Part shown: in pieces, positions 1 through 9,790 of the stretch
Position numbering within the stretch: position 1 is the first letter of the stretch
Layout: each line of letters starts with the position of its first letter
Translations under genes and position numbers: made by a program
Source of the DNA: Pluralibacter sp.
Lineage (GTDB): Bacteria; Pseudomonadota; Gammaproteobacteria; Enterobacterales; Enterobacteriaceae
Assembly (NCBI RefSeq): GCF_019237635.1
Contig: NZ_JAFAGS010000020.1
Coordinates: 2,197 to 66,196, forward strand
Length of the DNA: 64,000 nucleotides
Reading direction: 5' to 3'
The notes under the pieces: model-generated
The model's database searches: none
The model's input: the letters and a program-made list of their open reading frames with translations, nothing else
Told to the model about the DNA's origin: nothing

Positions 1-84
1 CCTTCAATTATAAAAGACGATGTTGAACCTGGTGCTGTAAAAAAACAGTCTGAAGCGCTAGCTCTCCTTAGCACTAAAAAGTAA
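1..84 (+). CDS. 3' end of an unidentified ORF entering from the left edge (...PSIIKDDVEPGAVKKQSEALALLSTKK*)
   Basis: Frame 1 is open from base 1 to TAA at 82-84. The region is AT-rich and lies upstream of a PAAR gene, where T6SS cargo or immunity genes usually sit. No recognisable motif. Confidence 0.3.
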   Translation, partial: PSIIKDDVEPGAVKKQSEALALLSTKK

Positions 85-287
85 TAAAGTTTACTCCATG
101 GGGGGGGTATAAATCATTGGGGGAGTGATATGTTAGGGCTTATCTACTAAGAAATATCCAAGTCTATTATTTAGTGAAATATATCTCATGAGTGATAGTG
201 TATTCTCTATATACTCTGGTTTTCTTGTTGTTAGCTTGGATTTAAATAAGGATTTACTTTATCAGTATTGAACCTAAGGAGTGGTAA

Positions 288-551
288 ATGGGGAAATATG
301 TGGTTGTTTTAGGGGACGCCACTTCACATGGAGGTAAAGTGTCATCCGCTTCATCCAGTCTTGAAATTGAAGGGAAAAAAGCGGCGCTGTTAAATGATAC
401 TGTCACTTGCCCTGAGCACGGAACAAATAAAATTGTCGAATGTGATGTATCCGCTTATGAAGAAAATGGGCGTGGCATCGTATTACATCTCAGCAAAACG
501 CAGTGCGGCGCGGTTGTGCTTGCAAGTTTGCAGGATATGGAGATTGGCTGA
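288..551 (+). CDS. PAAR-domain T6SS spike-tip protein (87 aa)
   Basis: RBS aaggag lies 7 nt upstream of the ATG. Shows typical PAAR features: GDxTxHGGKV, CPEHG and a C-terminal QCGA motif, in a small size. Sits directly upstream of T6SS core genes. Confidence 0.85.
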   Translation: MGKYVVVLGDATSHGGKVSSASSSLEIEGKKAALLNDTVTCPEHGTNKIVECDVSAYEENGRGIVLHLSKTQCGAVVLASLQDMEIG

Positions 552-1981
552 TGGGATGGTCATTACCGAATATACCGGTGAAAAATGAGACGCGAGCCTG
601 GTCACCCTGGATTTGCTTATTGATAATTCTGACGGGTATTTTCTGTGGGTTGGTCCGGGTCGTTCTGCACTCGCCGGTCGGTGGATTACCCTCCTTGGCC
701 AGCGGATATTGGCTTCCTTTGACCATGAAAACGCTGACGGGTATCGCGATCGCAATTACGGCCTATTCATTATGGTGGGAGACTCAGGCTGTAAGTGTCT
801 GGAACTGGAATGAGTGGCGCCAGAATATGCATAATTTGTGGCGTGCAAGAGTTCATCAACACCTATTTGTCGTTCGACATGTCACTCTGTCATCCGATCC
901 CCAACTGCTTCCCCGGCTTGTAGGGGTTGTACAGGAAAGCGATGATGATTCTCCTCCTTTGACGGTATTACCGGATGAGCAGCTAACACCGGGTATCTCC
1001 CGTTTTGAACAACTGTGTCGTGTCCTGAGTGATCGTACAAAGGGCGAGCTTCTTAAACGATATCCATCGGGTCATTTGACTGTACTGGTACAAACGTCCA
1101 CCTCTGATAATGAACAGGAGCTACAGGTACTTCATCGGCTCTGGAACGATGAACAGTTTCCCTGGACCCCTGAGATACATATTTTGTCCAACGCATTGCC
1201 ATATGGTGACTGGAATCAGACAGTATTATCTTCATGTGATCCCGTACTGGTTCTGGCATTGCATTATCGTCAACCGGGTGAGTCCTTGCCTGAGTTTGCC
1301 AGCGCGTTATTGTTTGTACCAGGTAGCTTGCTGGCGGCAGAGGAGCAAAAAACGGCGATCCGTTTATTTCGGGCAATGCCGCTCAACAGTAGCGCGCTGT
1401 TGCTTGAACTGAAAGCGCTACGCGACATGGGGCAGCAGAGCGCCAATAAAAAGCATCTGGTCTGGCACAGTGGGCTTCCCGACGCGCCCAGCCTGGGGGT
1501 TGGACGAATACTCAATGAGCTTTCATTACCCCTTTATAGTGATATCGGAACGGGTGGTGTCATTGATTTCGATGCACACTTTGGTGGGTATGGCGGGTTG
1601 TCCGGATGGTTAATGGTTGCTGTCGCGTCCGAAATGACTCGCTATGGTGTGAGTAGCCAGTGGTTACTTTGCGAGAATGAAAATGAATCCTGGGCGGTGA
1701 CGCTGGGGAATTGTGCGCCGGTGATGGATATGGAGCCCGGTTCAGCCTCCCGCCCTCCTTTTCCTGCTGGTTCGGTGATGCTGGCTTTACTATTCAATGC
1801 TGCGGTGGTCGGCATTATACAACATATTCCGTCGCTGGCATTTTCATGGACAGGGATTGTTATCCTACTGTTTTCCTTGATTGTGACGTTACCAGGCATT
1901 GCGTTTTTGTTGCGCCACATTATTGCACGAGTACAACACTCACAATTTATTAAGGCTGCCCGACAGTCCGGAAAGGAATAA
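551..1981 (+). CDS. Uncharacterised polytopic membrane protein, T6SS-associated (476 aa)
   Basis: In-frame ATG at 551 overlaps the PAAR stop (ATGA). It ends 5 nt before tssM. Hydrophobic segments lie at both ends (about aa 17-39, 60-76, 425-445, 450-470), flanking a soluble domain of about 340 aa. I recognise no family. Confidence 0.7.
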   Translation: MGWSLPNIPVKNETRAWSPWICLLIILTGIFCGLVRVVLHSPVGGLPSLASGYWLPLTMKTLTGIAIAITAYSLWWETQAVSVWNWNEWRQNMHNLWRARVHQHLFVVRHVTLSSDPQLLPRLVGVVQESDDDSPPLTVLPDEQLTPGISRFEQLCRVLSDRTKGELLKRYPSGHLTVLVQTSTSDNEQELQVLHRLWNDEQFPWTPEIHILSNALPYGDWNQTVLSSCDPVLVLALHYRQPGESLPEFASALLFVPGSLLAAEEQKTAIRLFRAMPLNSSALLLELKALRDMGQQSANKKHLVWHSGLPDAPSLGVGRILNELSLPLYSDIGTGGVIDFDAHFGGYGGLSGWLMVAVASEMTRYGVSSQWLLCENENESWAVTLGNCAPVMDMEPGSASRPPFPAGSVMLALLFNAAVVGIIQHIPSLAFSWTGIVILLFSLIVTLPGIAFLLRHIIARVQHSQFIKAARQSGKE

Positions 1982-1986
1982 CCGGC

Positions 1987-4900
1987 ATGAAAAAATTATT
2001 ACGATTTGGAGGGGCAGGGCTCCTTATTTTTGCTGTTTTGTTGCTTATTCTTTTTCTCTTTGCACAGACCCGCCAGTTACCACTGTTAGATAATGGTCAG
2101 TCATCCTGGTATTTTATCGTGGTCGCTGTTTTTCTGGCCTGTCTGCTATGCACACTTTTCTTTTTTGTTCTGGAAGTATACCGGGGAAATACGCCGGTTA
2201 TCCCTGACGGTACTGATCAGAACAGGGAAACTTATGCGGCAAATACGGAGACGTATCTTCAACTTAAAAAGTATTTGCTCAGTCGTTATAACCTTTTCTG
2301 GCGTCACAAAGTTCGCCTTTTTCTGGTGACTGGAGAAATCACGGCTATTGAGCAGCTTGCGCCTGGTTTACAGTCGTTACACTGGCTCGAAGCCAACCGC
2401 ACCGTCCTTCTCTACGGCGGCCCCCTTACCGCTGCCCCCGATAGCGACAAATTTACCGCGTTGCGCAAGCTGCGTTGGGGCCGCCCGCTGGATGGCATCA
2501 TTCGTGTGATTGGTCAGAAGGAAACGCTGACGCCGCAGATGAGCGACAGCGACCTGCGCGGTCTGGAGAAAATCGGCGAACTGCTTCGCTACCAGCCGCC
2601 GGTATATCTGTGGCAGCTGTGCGGCAGCGACTGGCCGCAGGAGGGAAGAACGGAACAGGCGGTAGGGCTGATGCTTTCGGCGCGCGCCACGGCGCAAGAG
2701 GTACAGACGCAGTTTACCCGGTTGCTGCCACCCTTGCGGGAGCAAGGAATTGCCCAGATTGCGGAAAACCCGTCATACGATTTTCTCCTGCGCCTGGCGC
2801 AGCAGTTTGAACAAGGCGACGGCGAACGCTGGAAAAGGCATCTGGCGCCGTGGCTGTATACGGCACAGCAGCGGGTGCCTTTACGCGGTGTGACGTTCAG
2901 TCTCCCGCAACATCCGCAGGAACGGGAGGATAAATTCCCCGCCTTACACCATGCGCTAACCTTACCCGCCGTCTGGCAGGGGGTGATAGACGACTGTACC
3001 CGCATTCGTGGCCGTCGCGTCGGAATGGCCTGGGAACGCTCTCTGGCGCTGACGATCATGGCGTTAATGGGATTGTGGGGCGCAGGCATGCTGATCGCCT
3101 TTATGGTCAACCGCGCGCAAATGGTGTCGGTAGCGGAGAAAGTTCAGGCTCTGGTGCAGCAATCAGCCGTTTCAGATACCCAGCTAACCGCACTGCATGC
3201 GTTACGTAATGATGCCGGACGCTTGCAATACCGCATCCAGCAAGGCGCGCCCTGGTATCAGCGTTTTGGGCTCGATCATAACGCACAGCTCCTCAGCGCG
3301 ATGCTGCCCTGGTACGGCGTGGCGAATAACCGCCTGATTCGCGACCCGGCAAACGTCGCGCTGATGCAAACGCTCAACGAGTTGGTCAACTCGCCGCCGA
3401 ACAGCCCGCAGCGTACCGAACTGGCAAAATCGGGTTACGATCGTCTGAAAGCCTGGCTGATGATGGCTCACCCGGACAAAGTGGACGGGGCGTTCTATGC
3501 CAGCACAATGCAAACGGTACAACCGACGCGTCCAGGCGTCTCCACCGGGCTCTGGCAGAGCCTGTCTCCTGATCTCTGGTCTTTTTACATCAACGAGTTG
3601 CCGCATCAACCGCAGTGGAAAATCACTCCGGACGGTGCGCTGGTCGGCCAGAGCCGTCAGGTTTTACTCCAGCAAATTGGTCGTCGCAATGCGGAAAGCA
3701 CCCTGTACGAAAATATGCTCAAATCGGTACGGCGTAATTTCGCGGATGTGACGCTGGAAGACATGACCAACGGTACCGATGCCCGCCGTCTGTTCACGAC
3801 CAATGAAGTGGTGCCGGGGATGTTCACCCGTCAGGCGTGGGAAGGGGGAATTCAGCAGGCGATTGAGAAAGCCGTTAGCTCACGCCGCGATGAGATTGAC
3901 TGGGTACTGAGCGACAGTCGCAAATCCGTCTCTGGCGATATTTCGCCACAAGCGCTGAAGGCGCGCCTCACCGAACGTTACTTTACCGATTTCGCCGGGA
4001 GCTGGCTCAGTTTCCTCAATAGCCTTCACTGGAATCCGGTGAACAACATCGCAGACGTCACCGACCAACTGACGCTGATGAGCGATGTGCGCCAGTCCCC
4101 GGTGATTGCGCTGATGAATACGCTGGCATGGCAGGGGCGGTCCGGTCAGCAAAGCGAAGGGATTTCGGATTCCATCCTCAAGTCCGCTAAAGATCTGATG
4201 GGCAACAAAGACAAACCGGCTATCGACCAGAGTGCCGCCGGGCCGCAGGGGCCGCTCGATGATACCTTCGGACCGCTGCTGACGCTGATGGGAAAGAACA
4301 AAGCCAACAACGTGATGTCTGCGGACAATTCCCTGAGCCTGCAAACATATCTGACCCGCATTACCCGTGTGCGCCTGCGTCTGCAACAGGTGGCAAGCAG
4401 TAACGATCCGCAGGAGATGATGCAAACGCTGGCGCAGACGGTGTTTCAGGGCAAAAGTGTCGATCTCACCGACACCCAGCAGTACGGCAGCCTGGTGGCG
4501 GCAAGCCTGGGCGAAGAGTGGAGCGGCTTTGGCCGCACGATGTTTGTCCAGCCGCTGACGCAGGCCTGGGAAACGGTGCTGCAGCCTTCCGCCGCCAGCC
4601 TGAACGACCGCTGGAGCCGGGCGGTGGTGGCCAACTGGCATACGGCGTTTGATAGTCGCTATCCGTTTGCGGCAAGCAAAAGCGATGCCTCGCTGCCGAT
4701 GCTGGCGGAGTTTATCCGCAAAGACAGCGGGCGGATTGAGCGTTTCCTGACGACCGAGCTCAGTGGCGTGCTGCACAAAGAAGGTAGCCAGTGGGTGCCG
4801 GACAGCGCCCACAGCCAGGGGCTGACCTTTAATCCGGCGTTCCTGCGGGCAGTGAATCAACTGAGCCAGTTGTCGGATATTTTGTTCACCGATGGCAGTC

Positions 4901-5364
4901 AGGGGATCAGTTTTGAGCTTCAGGCGCGTGCGGTTCCTGAGGTTGTGGAGACCCAACTGACCATTGACGGACAAAAGCTGCATTACTTTAACCAGATGGC
5001 GGACTGGCAAACCTTCCGCTGGCCGGGAGAAACCTATAAACCCGGCACGACGCTGACCTGGACCTCCACCAGCGCTGGGGCGCGGCTGTTCGGCGATTAC
5101 AGCGGCACATGGGGGTTCATCCGCTGGCTGGAGCAGAGCAAGCGTCAGCAGCTCGATCGCAGCCAGTGGATGATGACCTTTACCGCTTCTGACGGGCGCA
5201 AACTGCAATGGGTGTTGCGGTCGCAGTTGGGCAATGGTCCGCTGGCGCTGCTGGGTCTGCGCGGGTTTAGTCTGCCGGATAAAATCTTCAGCGTTGATGC
5301 GACGACAAGTGACGCACGGCTGAGTCATGACAGTGATATCACCGACACGGATGGAGCGGAATAA
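1987..5364 (+). CDS. tssM: Type VI secretion membrane-complex protein TssM (IcmF family, 1125 aa)
   Basis: Size, three N-terminal TM segments and long periplasmic C-terminal region are typical of IcmF/TssM. RBS aaggaa precedes the start. Lies in a tssM-tssA-tssF-tssG-tssJ-tssE context. Confidence 0.9.
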   Translation: MKKLLRFGGAGLLIFAVLLLILFLFAQTRQLPLLDNGQSSWYFIVVAVFLACLLCTLFFFVLEVYRGNTPVIPDGTDQNRETYAANTETYLQLKKYLLSRYNLFWRHKVRLFLVTGEITAIEQLAPGLQSLHWLEANRTVLLYGGPLTAAPDSDKFTALRKLRWGRPLDGIIRVIGQKETLTPQMSDSDLRGLEKIGELLRYQPPVYLWQLCGSDWPQEGRTEQAVGLMLSARATAQEVQTQFTRLLPPLREQGIAQIAENPSYDFLLRLAQQFEQGDGERWKRHLAPWLYTAQQRVPLRGVTFSLPQHPQEREDKFPALHHALTLPAVWQGVIDDCTRIRGRRVGMAWERSLALTIMALMGLWGAGMLIAFMVNRAQMVSVAEKVQALVQQSAVSDTQLTALHALRNDAGRLQYRIQQGAPWYQRFGLDHNAQLLSAMLPWYGVANNRLIRDPANVALMQTLNELVNSPPNSPQRTELAKSGYDRLKAWLMMAHPDKVDGAFYASTMQTVQPTRPGVSTGLWQSLSPDLWSFYINELPHQPQWKITPDGALVGQSRQVLLQQIGRRNAESTLYENMLKSVRRNFADVTLEDMTNGTDARRLFTTNEVVPGMFTRQAWEGGIQQAIEKAVSSRRDEIDWVLSDSRKSVSGDISPQALKARLTERYFTDFAGSWLSFLNSLHWNPVNNIADVTDQLTLMSDVRQSPVIALMNTLAWQGRSGQQSEGISDSILKSAKDLMGNKDKPAIDQSAAGPQGPLDDTFGPLLTLMGKNKANNVMSADNSLSLQTYLTRITRVRLRLQQVASSNDPQEMMQTLAQTVFQGKSVDLTDTQQYGSLVAASLGEEWSGFGRTMFVQPLTQAWETVLQPSAASLNDRWSRAVVANWHTAFDSRYPFAASKSDASLPMLAEFIRKDSGRIERFLTTELSGVLHKEGSQWVPDSAHSQGLTFNPAFLRAVNQLSQLSDILFTDGSQGISFELQARAVPEVVETQLTIDGQKLHYFNQMADWQTFRWPGETYKPGTTLTWTSTSAGARLFGDYSGTWGFIRWLEQSKRQQLDRSQWMMTFTASDGRKLQWVLRSQLGNGPLALLGLRGFSLPDKIFSVDATTSDARLSHDSDITDTDGAE

Positions 5365-6956
5365 TGGCAAGCCTGGAAAGTTTACTCCGTGCCTGCGCGG
5401 TGGATGAGAACGCGCTGCGACAACAGGCGCAAGGGCATGTCAGCGACTGGCGTCGGTGGCTTGAACCGCTAAGCGACGCGCTTCCCGCCGGGGACGATGC
5501 GGGATATGACGACGATTTTCAGCAGATCCGCGAAGAGGTTAACAAGCTCAGCGGCATTGATACCGATCTCATCTGTCAGCTTGCGGAAAAATTACTCACC
5601 ACGGTGAGCAAGGATGTCAGAGTTATCACGTTCTATGCCTGGGCGAGATTACACCGTGACGGGGAAAGCGGGCTGGCGGAAGGGCTGGAGCTGCTGGCGG
5701 GGATGCTGCAACGTTTTGGCGCACAGCTCTGGCCGCAGCGCGACCGCAGCCGGAAATCGGCGCTGGAGTGGTTGTGCAGCAGTCGCGTTCTCGACAGTCT
5801 GTCGCTGTATCCTGAGGTTGACCTTGCGGTAATGCAGCGGATTGTCGGCGCGCTGATGCTGGCTGAGCGGGCGATAGCACCGCTCAATGATGAGGTTCGT
5901 CCACAGTTTTCCGCGCTGTATCAGGCGCTGGAAAACCGTCTGGTGCAAAGCGGCGGAGCAAACAGCCTGGTGCCGCAAACCAGCCGCGAAGAAAATCCCT
6001 CCACGACACCGTTAACACCGTCCGCGCCGATGATAAGCGCCGTCAGTTCCGGGCGGGATTTACTGGATCAGGCGAAGGTACTGGCGAAATATTTGCGCGA
6101 TCGGGAGGGCGGCTGGCTCGCCGGGCACCATCTGATGAAAAGCGTGCGCTGGGATACGCTGACCGAACTGCCGCCGCTGGACGCCAGCGGACGAACCCGT
6201 CTCACACCGCCAAAGCCGGATCACCGGGCGCACCTTAAACGCTTGTATTTGCAGCAGAGCTGGTCTGAACTGCTTGAGCAGACGGATACATTGATGGCGC
6301 AAGGGGTGAATCATCTCTGGCTGGACGTGCAGTGGTACACCTGGCAGGCGTTGATGAAACTCGACAGTGACGGCGTGCGCGCAGAGATTATTTGTCGGGA
6401 TCTCCAGGGGCTGCTGGCGCGTCTGCCTGGGCTTGAGGCGCTGGCGTTCAGCGACGGTACGCCGTTTGCCGATGAAGTGACCCAGAACTGGATTGCCGAG
6501 AAAGTGCAGGGAACGTTGGCAGGTTGGCAGCAGGAGCCCATTACGGCGCTGCCTGCGGCGGACGGTATCCTCACGCTTGAACCGGAAGTGCTGACGCTCG
6601 CCGACAGCGAGGGCTTTGAGGCGGCGCTGAACTGGTTACAGACGCGCCCAGGCCTGACGTCACCGCGCGACCAGTGGTTGATGCGGCTGCTGATGGCCCG
6701 TGTTGCCGAGCAATACGGCAGAAACGACATGGCGCTGCATCTGCTCGGCGAACTCGACAACCGCTCGCAAAACCTCACATTACAGCAGTGGACGCCGGAG
6801 CTGATGTTTGAGGTGAAGGCGCGTCGCCTGAAGCTGTTGCGTGCCAGAGCGGTGCGCAGCGAGGCGGACAAAACCCGTCTGCAGCCGGAGCTTGACGCGC
6901 TTCTTTCCGGCTTAATCTCCCTCGACCCGGCGCGCGCCGCGGTCCTGTGCAACTGA
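5364..6956 (+). CDS. tssA: Type VI secretion protein TssA (ImpA_N domain, 530 aa)
   Basis: The ATG overlaps the tssM stop (TAATG). The N-terminal ImpA_N signature is present (...GDDAGYDDDFQQIREEVNKLSG...). Confidence 0.85.
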   Translation: MASLESLLRACAVDENALRQQAQGHVSDWRRWLEPLSDALPAGDDAGYDDDFQQIREEVNKLSGIDTDLICQLAEKLLTTVSKDVRVITFYAWARLHRDGESGLAEGLELLAGMLQRFGAQLWPQRDRSRKSALEWLCSSRVLDSLSLYPEVDLAVMQRIVGALMLAERAIAPLNDEVRPQFSALYQALENRLVQSGGANSLVPQTSREENPSTTPLTPSAPMISAVSSGRDLLDQAKVLAKYLRDREGGWLAGHHLMKSVRWDTLTELPPLDASGRTRLTPPKPDHRAHLKRLYLQQSWSELLEQTDTLMAQGVNHLWLDVQWYTWQALMKLDSDGVRAEIICRDLQGLLARLPGLEALAFSDGTPFADEVTQNWIAEKVQGTLAGWQQEPITALPAADGILTLEPEVLTLADSEGFEAALNWLQTRPGLTSPRDQWLMRLLMARVAEQYGRNDMALHLLGELDNRSQNLTLQQWTPELMFEVKARRLKLLRARAVRSEADKTRLQPELDALLSGLISLDPARAAVLCN

Positions 6957-6989
6957 CCCTTCAGAAGACTCAAACGAAAATACACGATT

Positions 6990-8744
6990 ATGGATGACTT
7001 AACCCTGCGTTATTACGACGCTGAAATGCGCTACCTGCTTGAAGCCGGTGAAGAGTTTGCCCGCGCCCATCCGGACAGGGCGGCTATGCTGAACATCGAT
7101 AAAGCCGGTGCGCGCGACCCGTACGTCGAACGCCTGTTTGAAGGCTTTGCTTTCCTGATGGGACGGCTGCGCCAAAAGCTTGACGATGACCTGCCGGAGC
7201 TCACCGAAGGGCTGGTCAGCCTGCTGTGGCCGCACTATTTGCGTACTATCCCTTCCATGTCGATTGTCGAGTTCACCCCGCAGTGGCGTGAACTGAAAGA
7301 ACCGATGACTATTGCGAAGGGGTTTGAGGTGCTGTCGCGCCCGATGGGAGAGAAGGGGACGCGCTGCCGGTATACCACGACGCGCGATAGCCATCTGCAG
7401 CCGCTCGCGCTGGAGCAGGCGCGGCTCACCACGGACCCGGATGGCCGTTCGGTGGTGAATCTGCGCTTTAGCTGTAGCGATCTCGCCGACTGGCGCCGTC
7501 TGGATCTCAACCGCCTGCCATTTTATTTCAATGCCGATGCGCCGCTGGCCTGCGCCATGCACGAAGCCTTCACCTCTGACGTTGCCCGGATGTGGCTGCG
7601 CCTGCCCGGTGGAGGGGAGCGCCAGCCGCTGGAGGGCTGGTTTACCGCAGAAGGGTTTGGCGACGATGATGATCTGTGGCCGAAGGGGAGCAGCAGTTTT
7701 AGCGGCTATCAGCTCTTGCTCGAATACTTCACCTTTCGGGAAAAATTTATGTTCACCGCGCTGCGCGGCCTGGAAAACGTCAGTTTCCCGCCCGCGTTGC
7801 CGTGGTTTGAGATTGATGTGGTGTTGGCTAAGCGCTGGGAGCACGATTTCAGCTTCACGGAAAAGCACCTGCGCCTGAACTGCGTGCCGGTGATTAACTT
7901 GTTCCCACTGGAATCCGACCCACTGACCCTCGATTCGCTGCAAACGGAATATATGCTGCGGCCAATGCGTATTCAGGACGGTCACACCGAGATTTACGCT
8001 GTGGATTCGGTACTCTCTTCCAGCGGTCACACCTACATCCCATTTTCCAGCTTTCGCCATAAAGGCGGCATGCTGCGTCACGACGCTCCGGAATATTACT
8101 ACCACACCCGCGTGCGCCGTGGGCCGTCCGGCTTGCATAACACGTGGCTCATTCTCGGCGGCGAGGCGTTTGATAACCATACCGTACCGGCAGATGAGAG
8201 CCTGTCGCTGACGCTGACCGGCACCAACGGGCAACTGCCGCGCCGGGCGCTGCAAAGTACGGTGCTCGACACGGTAATGAAAACGACATCGGTCAGCATC
8301 GGCGTGCGTAACCTCTGTGCGCCCACGTTGCCCTGTTACCCGCCGGACCGCGACCGCTTCCACTGGCGGGTGCTGAGCCATCTCGGCAGCGGCTTTTTAT
8401 CGATGATGGATAACGCCGAAGTCCTGCGCGGCACTCTGGCGCTGTACGAGTGGACAAACGGTGAAATGAACCGTCGGCGGCTGGAGGCGATTATCGATGT
8501 GCGCCACAGCGAAATCGAACGTTTCGAACAGGGGTATCTGGTGCGCGGGGTGCAGATTGACGTCACGCTCGACAGCCATGGCTTCGCCGGGACCGGCGAT
8601 ATCAGCCTGTTTGGCGAAATGTTAAGTCGTTTCTTCGCCCTCTATACCGATATCTACCTGTTTAACCGTCTGATTATCACCCTGCAACCTACCGGAGAGC
8701 GCCTTGAATGGGAAGAGAAGCACAACCGCCGCATTCCCGGCTAA
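6990..8744 (+). CDS. tssF: Type VI secretion baseplate protein TssF (584 aa)
   Basis: N-terminus MDDLTLRYYDAEMRYLLEAGEEFARAHPDRA is typical of TssF/ImpG/VasA. Size and position upstream of tssG agree. Confidence 0.9.
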   Translation: MDDLTLRYYDAEMRYLLEAGEEFARAHPDRAAMLNIDKAGARDPYVERLFEGFAFLMGRLRQKLDDDLPELTEGLVSLLWPHYLRTIPSMSIVEFTPQWRELKEPMTIAKGFEVLSRPMGEKGTRCRYTTTRDSHLQPLALEQARLTTDPDGRSVVNLRFSCSDLADWRRLDLNRLPFYFNADAPLACAMHEAFTSDVARMWLRLPGGGERQPLEGWFTAEGFGDDDDLWPKGSSSFSGYQLLLEYFTFREKFMFTALRGLENVSFPPALPWFEIDVVLAKRWEHDFSFTEKHLRLNCVPVINLFPLESDPLTLDSLQTEYMLRPMRIQDGHTEIYAVDSVLSSSGHTYIPFSSFRHKGGMLRHDAPEYYYHTRVRRGPSGLHNTWLILGGEAFDNHTVPADESLSLTLTGTNGQLPRRALQSTVLDTVMKTTSVSIGVRNLCAPTLPCYPPDRDRFHWRVLSHLGSGFLSMMDNAEVLRGTLALYEWTNGEMNRRRLEAIIDVRHSEIERFEQGYLVRGVQIDVTLDSHGFAGTGDISLFGEMLSRFFALYTDIYLFNRLIITLQPTGERLEWEEKHNRRIPG

Positions 8745-9790
8745 GTCCGCGTCTGGAATCAGAGCTGACGCGGATAAATTTCTACCGCTTTTGCCAGTTG
8801 CTTGAGAAGCGGCAGTCAGCTAAACCGCTGCTGGGGAGTACCAGCCATCCGGCTGACGAGCCGGTGCGTTTTTGTCCGCATCCCGGGATGGGTTTTCCCG
8901 CCAGCGAACTGAAAACCGTGGAGTACGACGAGGACGACGCCATCCCGCCAGTGGTTCGCACGACGTTTATGGGGATGTACGGCGTGGATTCGCCGCTACC
9001 GACGACCTATCTCGACGACATCGCCCAGCGCAGAGAGGGCCATGAGGCGCTACAGGGGTTCCTCGATATCTTCAGCCACCGCATCCTGACCCAGTTTTAT
9101 CGCATCTGGCGGAAGTATTCGTACCCGGCCACGTTTGAAGCCGGGGGTGTTGATGCTATTTCCCAGTCGCTGCTCGGGCTGGTGGGGTTGGGGATCCCCG
9201 GTACGGCGAACCACATCGCCACCCCGGTATCACGTTTTCTGGCGCTGCTCGGCGTGCTGAGACAACCGGGGAAAACCCAGGAAGGGATGCGGGCGCTGGT
9301 ACAGCTGCTGGCGCCACAGACGCAGGTTGCCGTAAGCCCGTACTGCCTGCGGCCGGTGGAGGTCAGTAAACCCGTGGGCTTTTATGGCAACGAAGATTTT
9401 CTGCTGGATGGTAATACGCCGCTTGGCGATGAGGCGATGGATGCCAACAGCCAGTTGCTGATTGCGCTGACGACCGATGATGCGCAGGAAGCGCAGGGCT
9501 GGAAGCCGGACGGTCAGCTGTATCAGGATTTTCTGGTCATGTTGCGGGTGTATCTCGGCTGGCGCTTTAAGGCAAAAATCACGCTGACCGTGGCAACGGA
9601 GATGCTCGGCGTTCCACCGCTTGGGGAGGCGCCGCTCTGGCTGGGAATGAACGGCGTGCTGGGCGTTGAGGGCGGCGCGATCTTGCCGGATATCCCACCG
9701 ACGTTTACCACAGAACTGGGCTATTACCGCGGGCTGCCGCCTGCGAAACAGACAAAAGGAAATCGCCGTGTTACCTACCAATTTAGCTAA
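8708..9790 (+). CDS. tssG: Type VI secretion baseplate protein TssG (360 aa)
   Basis: Follows tssF with a 37-nt overlap. The N-terminal ...INFYRFCQLLEK motif is typical of TssG/ImpH. The start codon is not certain. Confidence 0.8.
   Translation: MGREAQPPHSRLSPRLESELTRINFYRFCQLLEKRQSAKPLLGSTSHPADEPVRFCPHPGMGFPASELKTVEYDEDDAIPPVVRTTFMGMYGVDSPLPTTYLDDIAQRREGHEALQGFLDIFSHRILTQFYRIWRKYSYPATFEAGGVDAISQSLLGLVGLGIPGTANHIATPVSRFLALLGVLRQPGKTQEGMRALVQLLAPQTQVAVSPYCLRPVEVSKPVGFYGNEDFLLDGNTPLGDEAMDANSQLLIALTTDDAQEAQGWKPDGQLYQDFLVMLRVYLGWRFKAKITLTVATEMLGVPPLGEAPLWLGMNGVLGVEGGAILPDIPPTFTTELGYYRGLPPAKQTKGNRRVTYQFS

Noticed and set aside
188-271. 27-codon ORF (MSDSVFSIYSGFLVVSLDLNKDLLYQY) in the AT-rich spacer upstream of the PAAR gene
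   Set aside because: It has no Shine-Dalgarno sequence. AT-rich DNA yields such ORFs by chance, and I have no conservation evidence.
503-550. 5' extensions of ORF-track entries (for example 503, 9666, 14292, 16836, 19033, 22385, 30383, 42566, 43268, 44505, 53685, 54579, 56032, 58219, 59487, 61172, 61244)
   Set aside because: The track reports the longest ORF, prints M for GTG/TTG, and often runs into the upstream gene. Homologue N-termini and RBS positions support the shorter coordinates given in the features.
3880-5370. 496-aa ORF on the minus strand inside tssM
   Set aside because: It is antisense to a strongly supported TssM frame. Its Arg/Pro/Gln/Ala-rich low-complexity translation is typical of open antisense frames in GC-rich DNA. 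It has no RBS or motif.
6311-8381. 224-aa (6311-6985) and 460-aa (6999-8381) minus-strand ORFs opposite tssA and tssF
   Set aside because: These are antisense shadows of well-supported T6SS genes. Their composition is Arg/Ala/Pro-rich and I recognise no domains.
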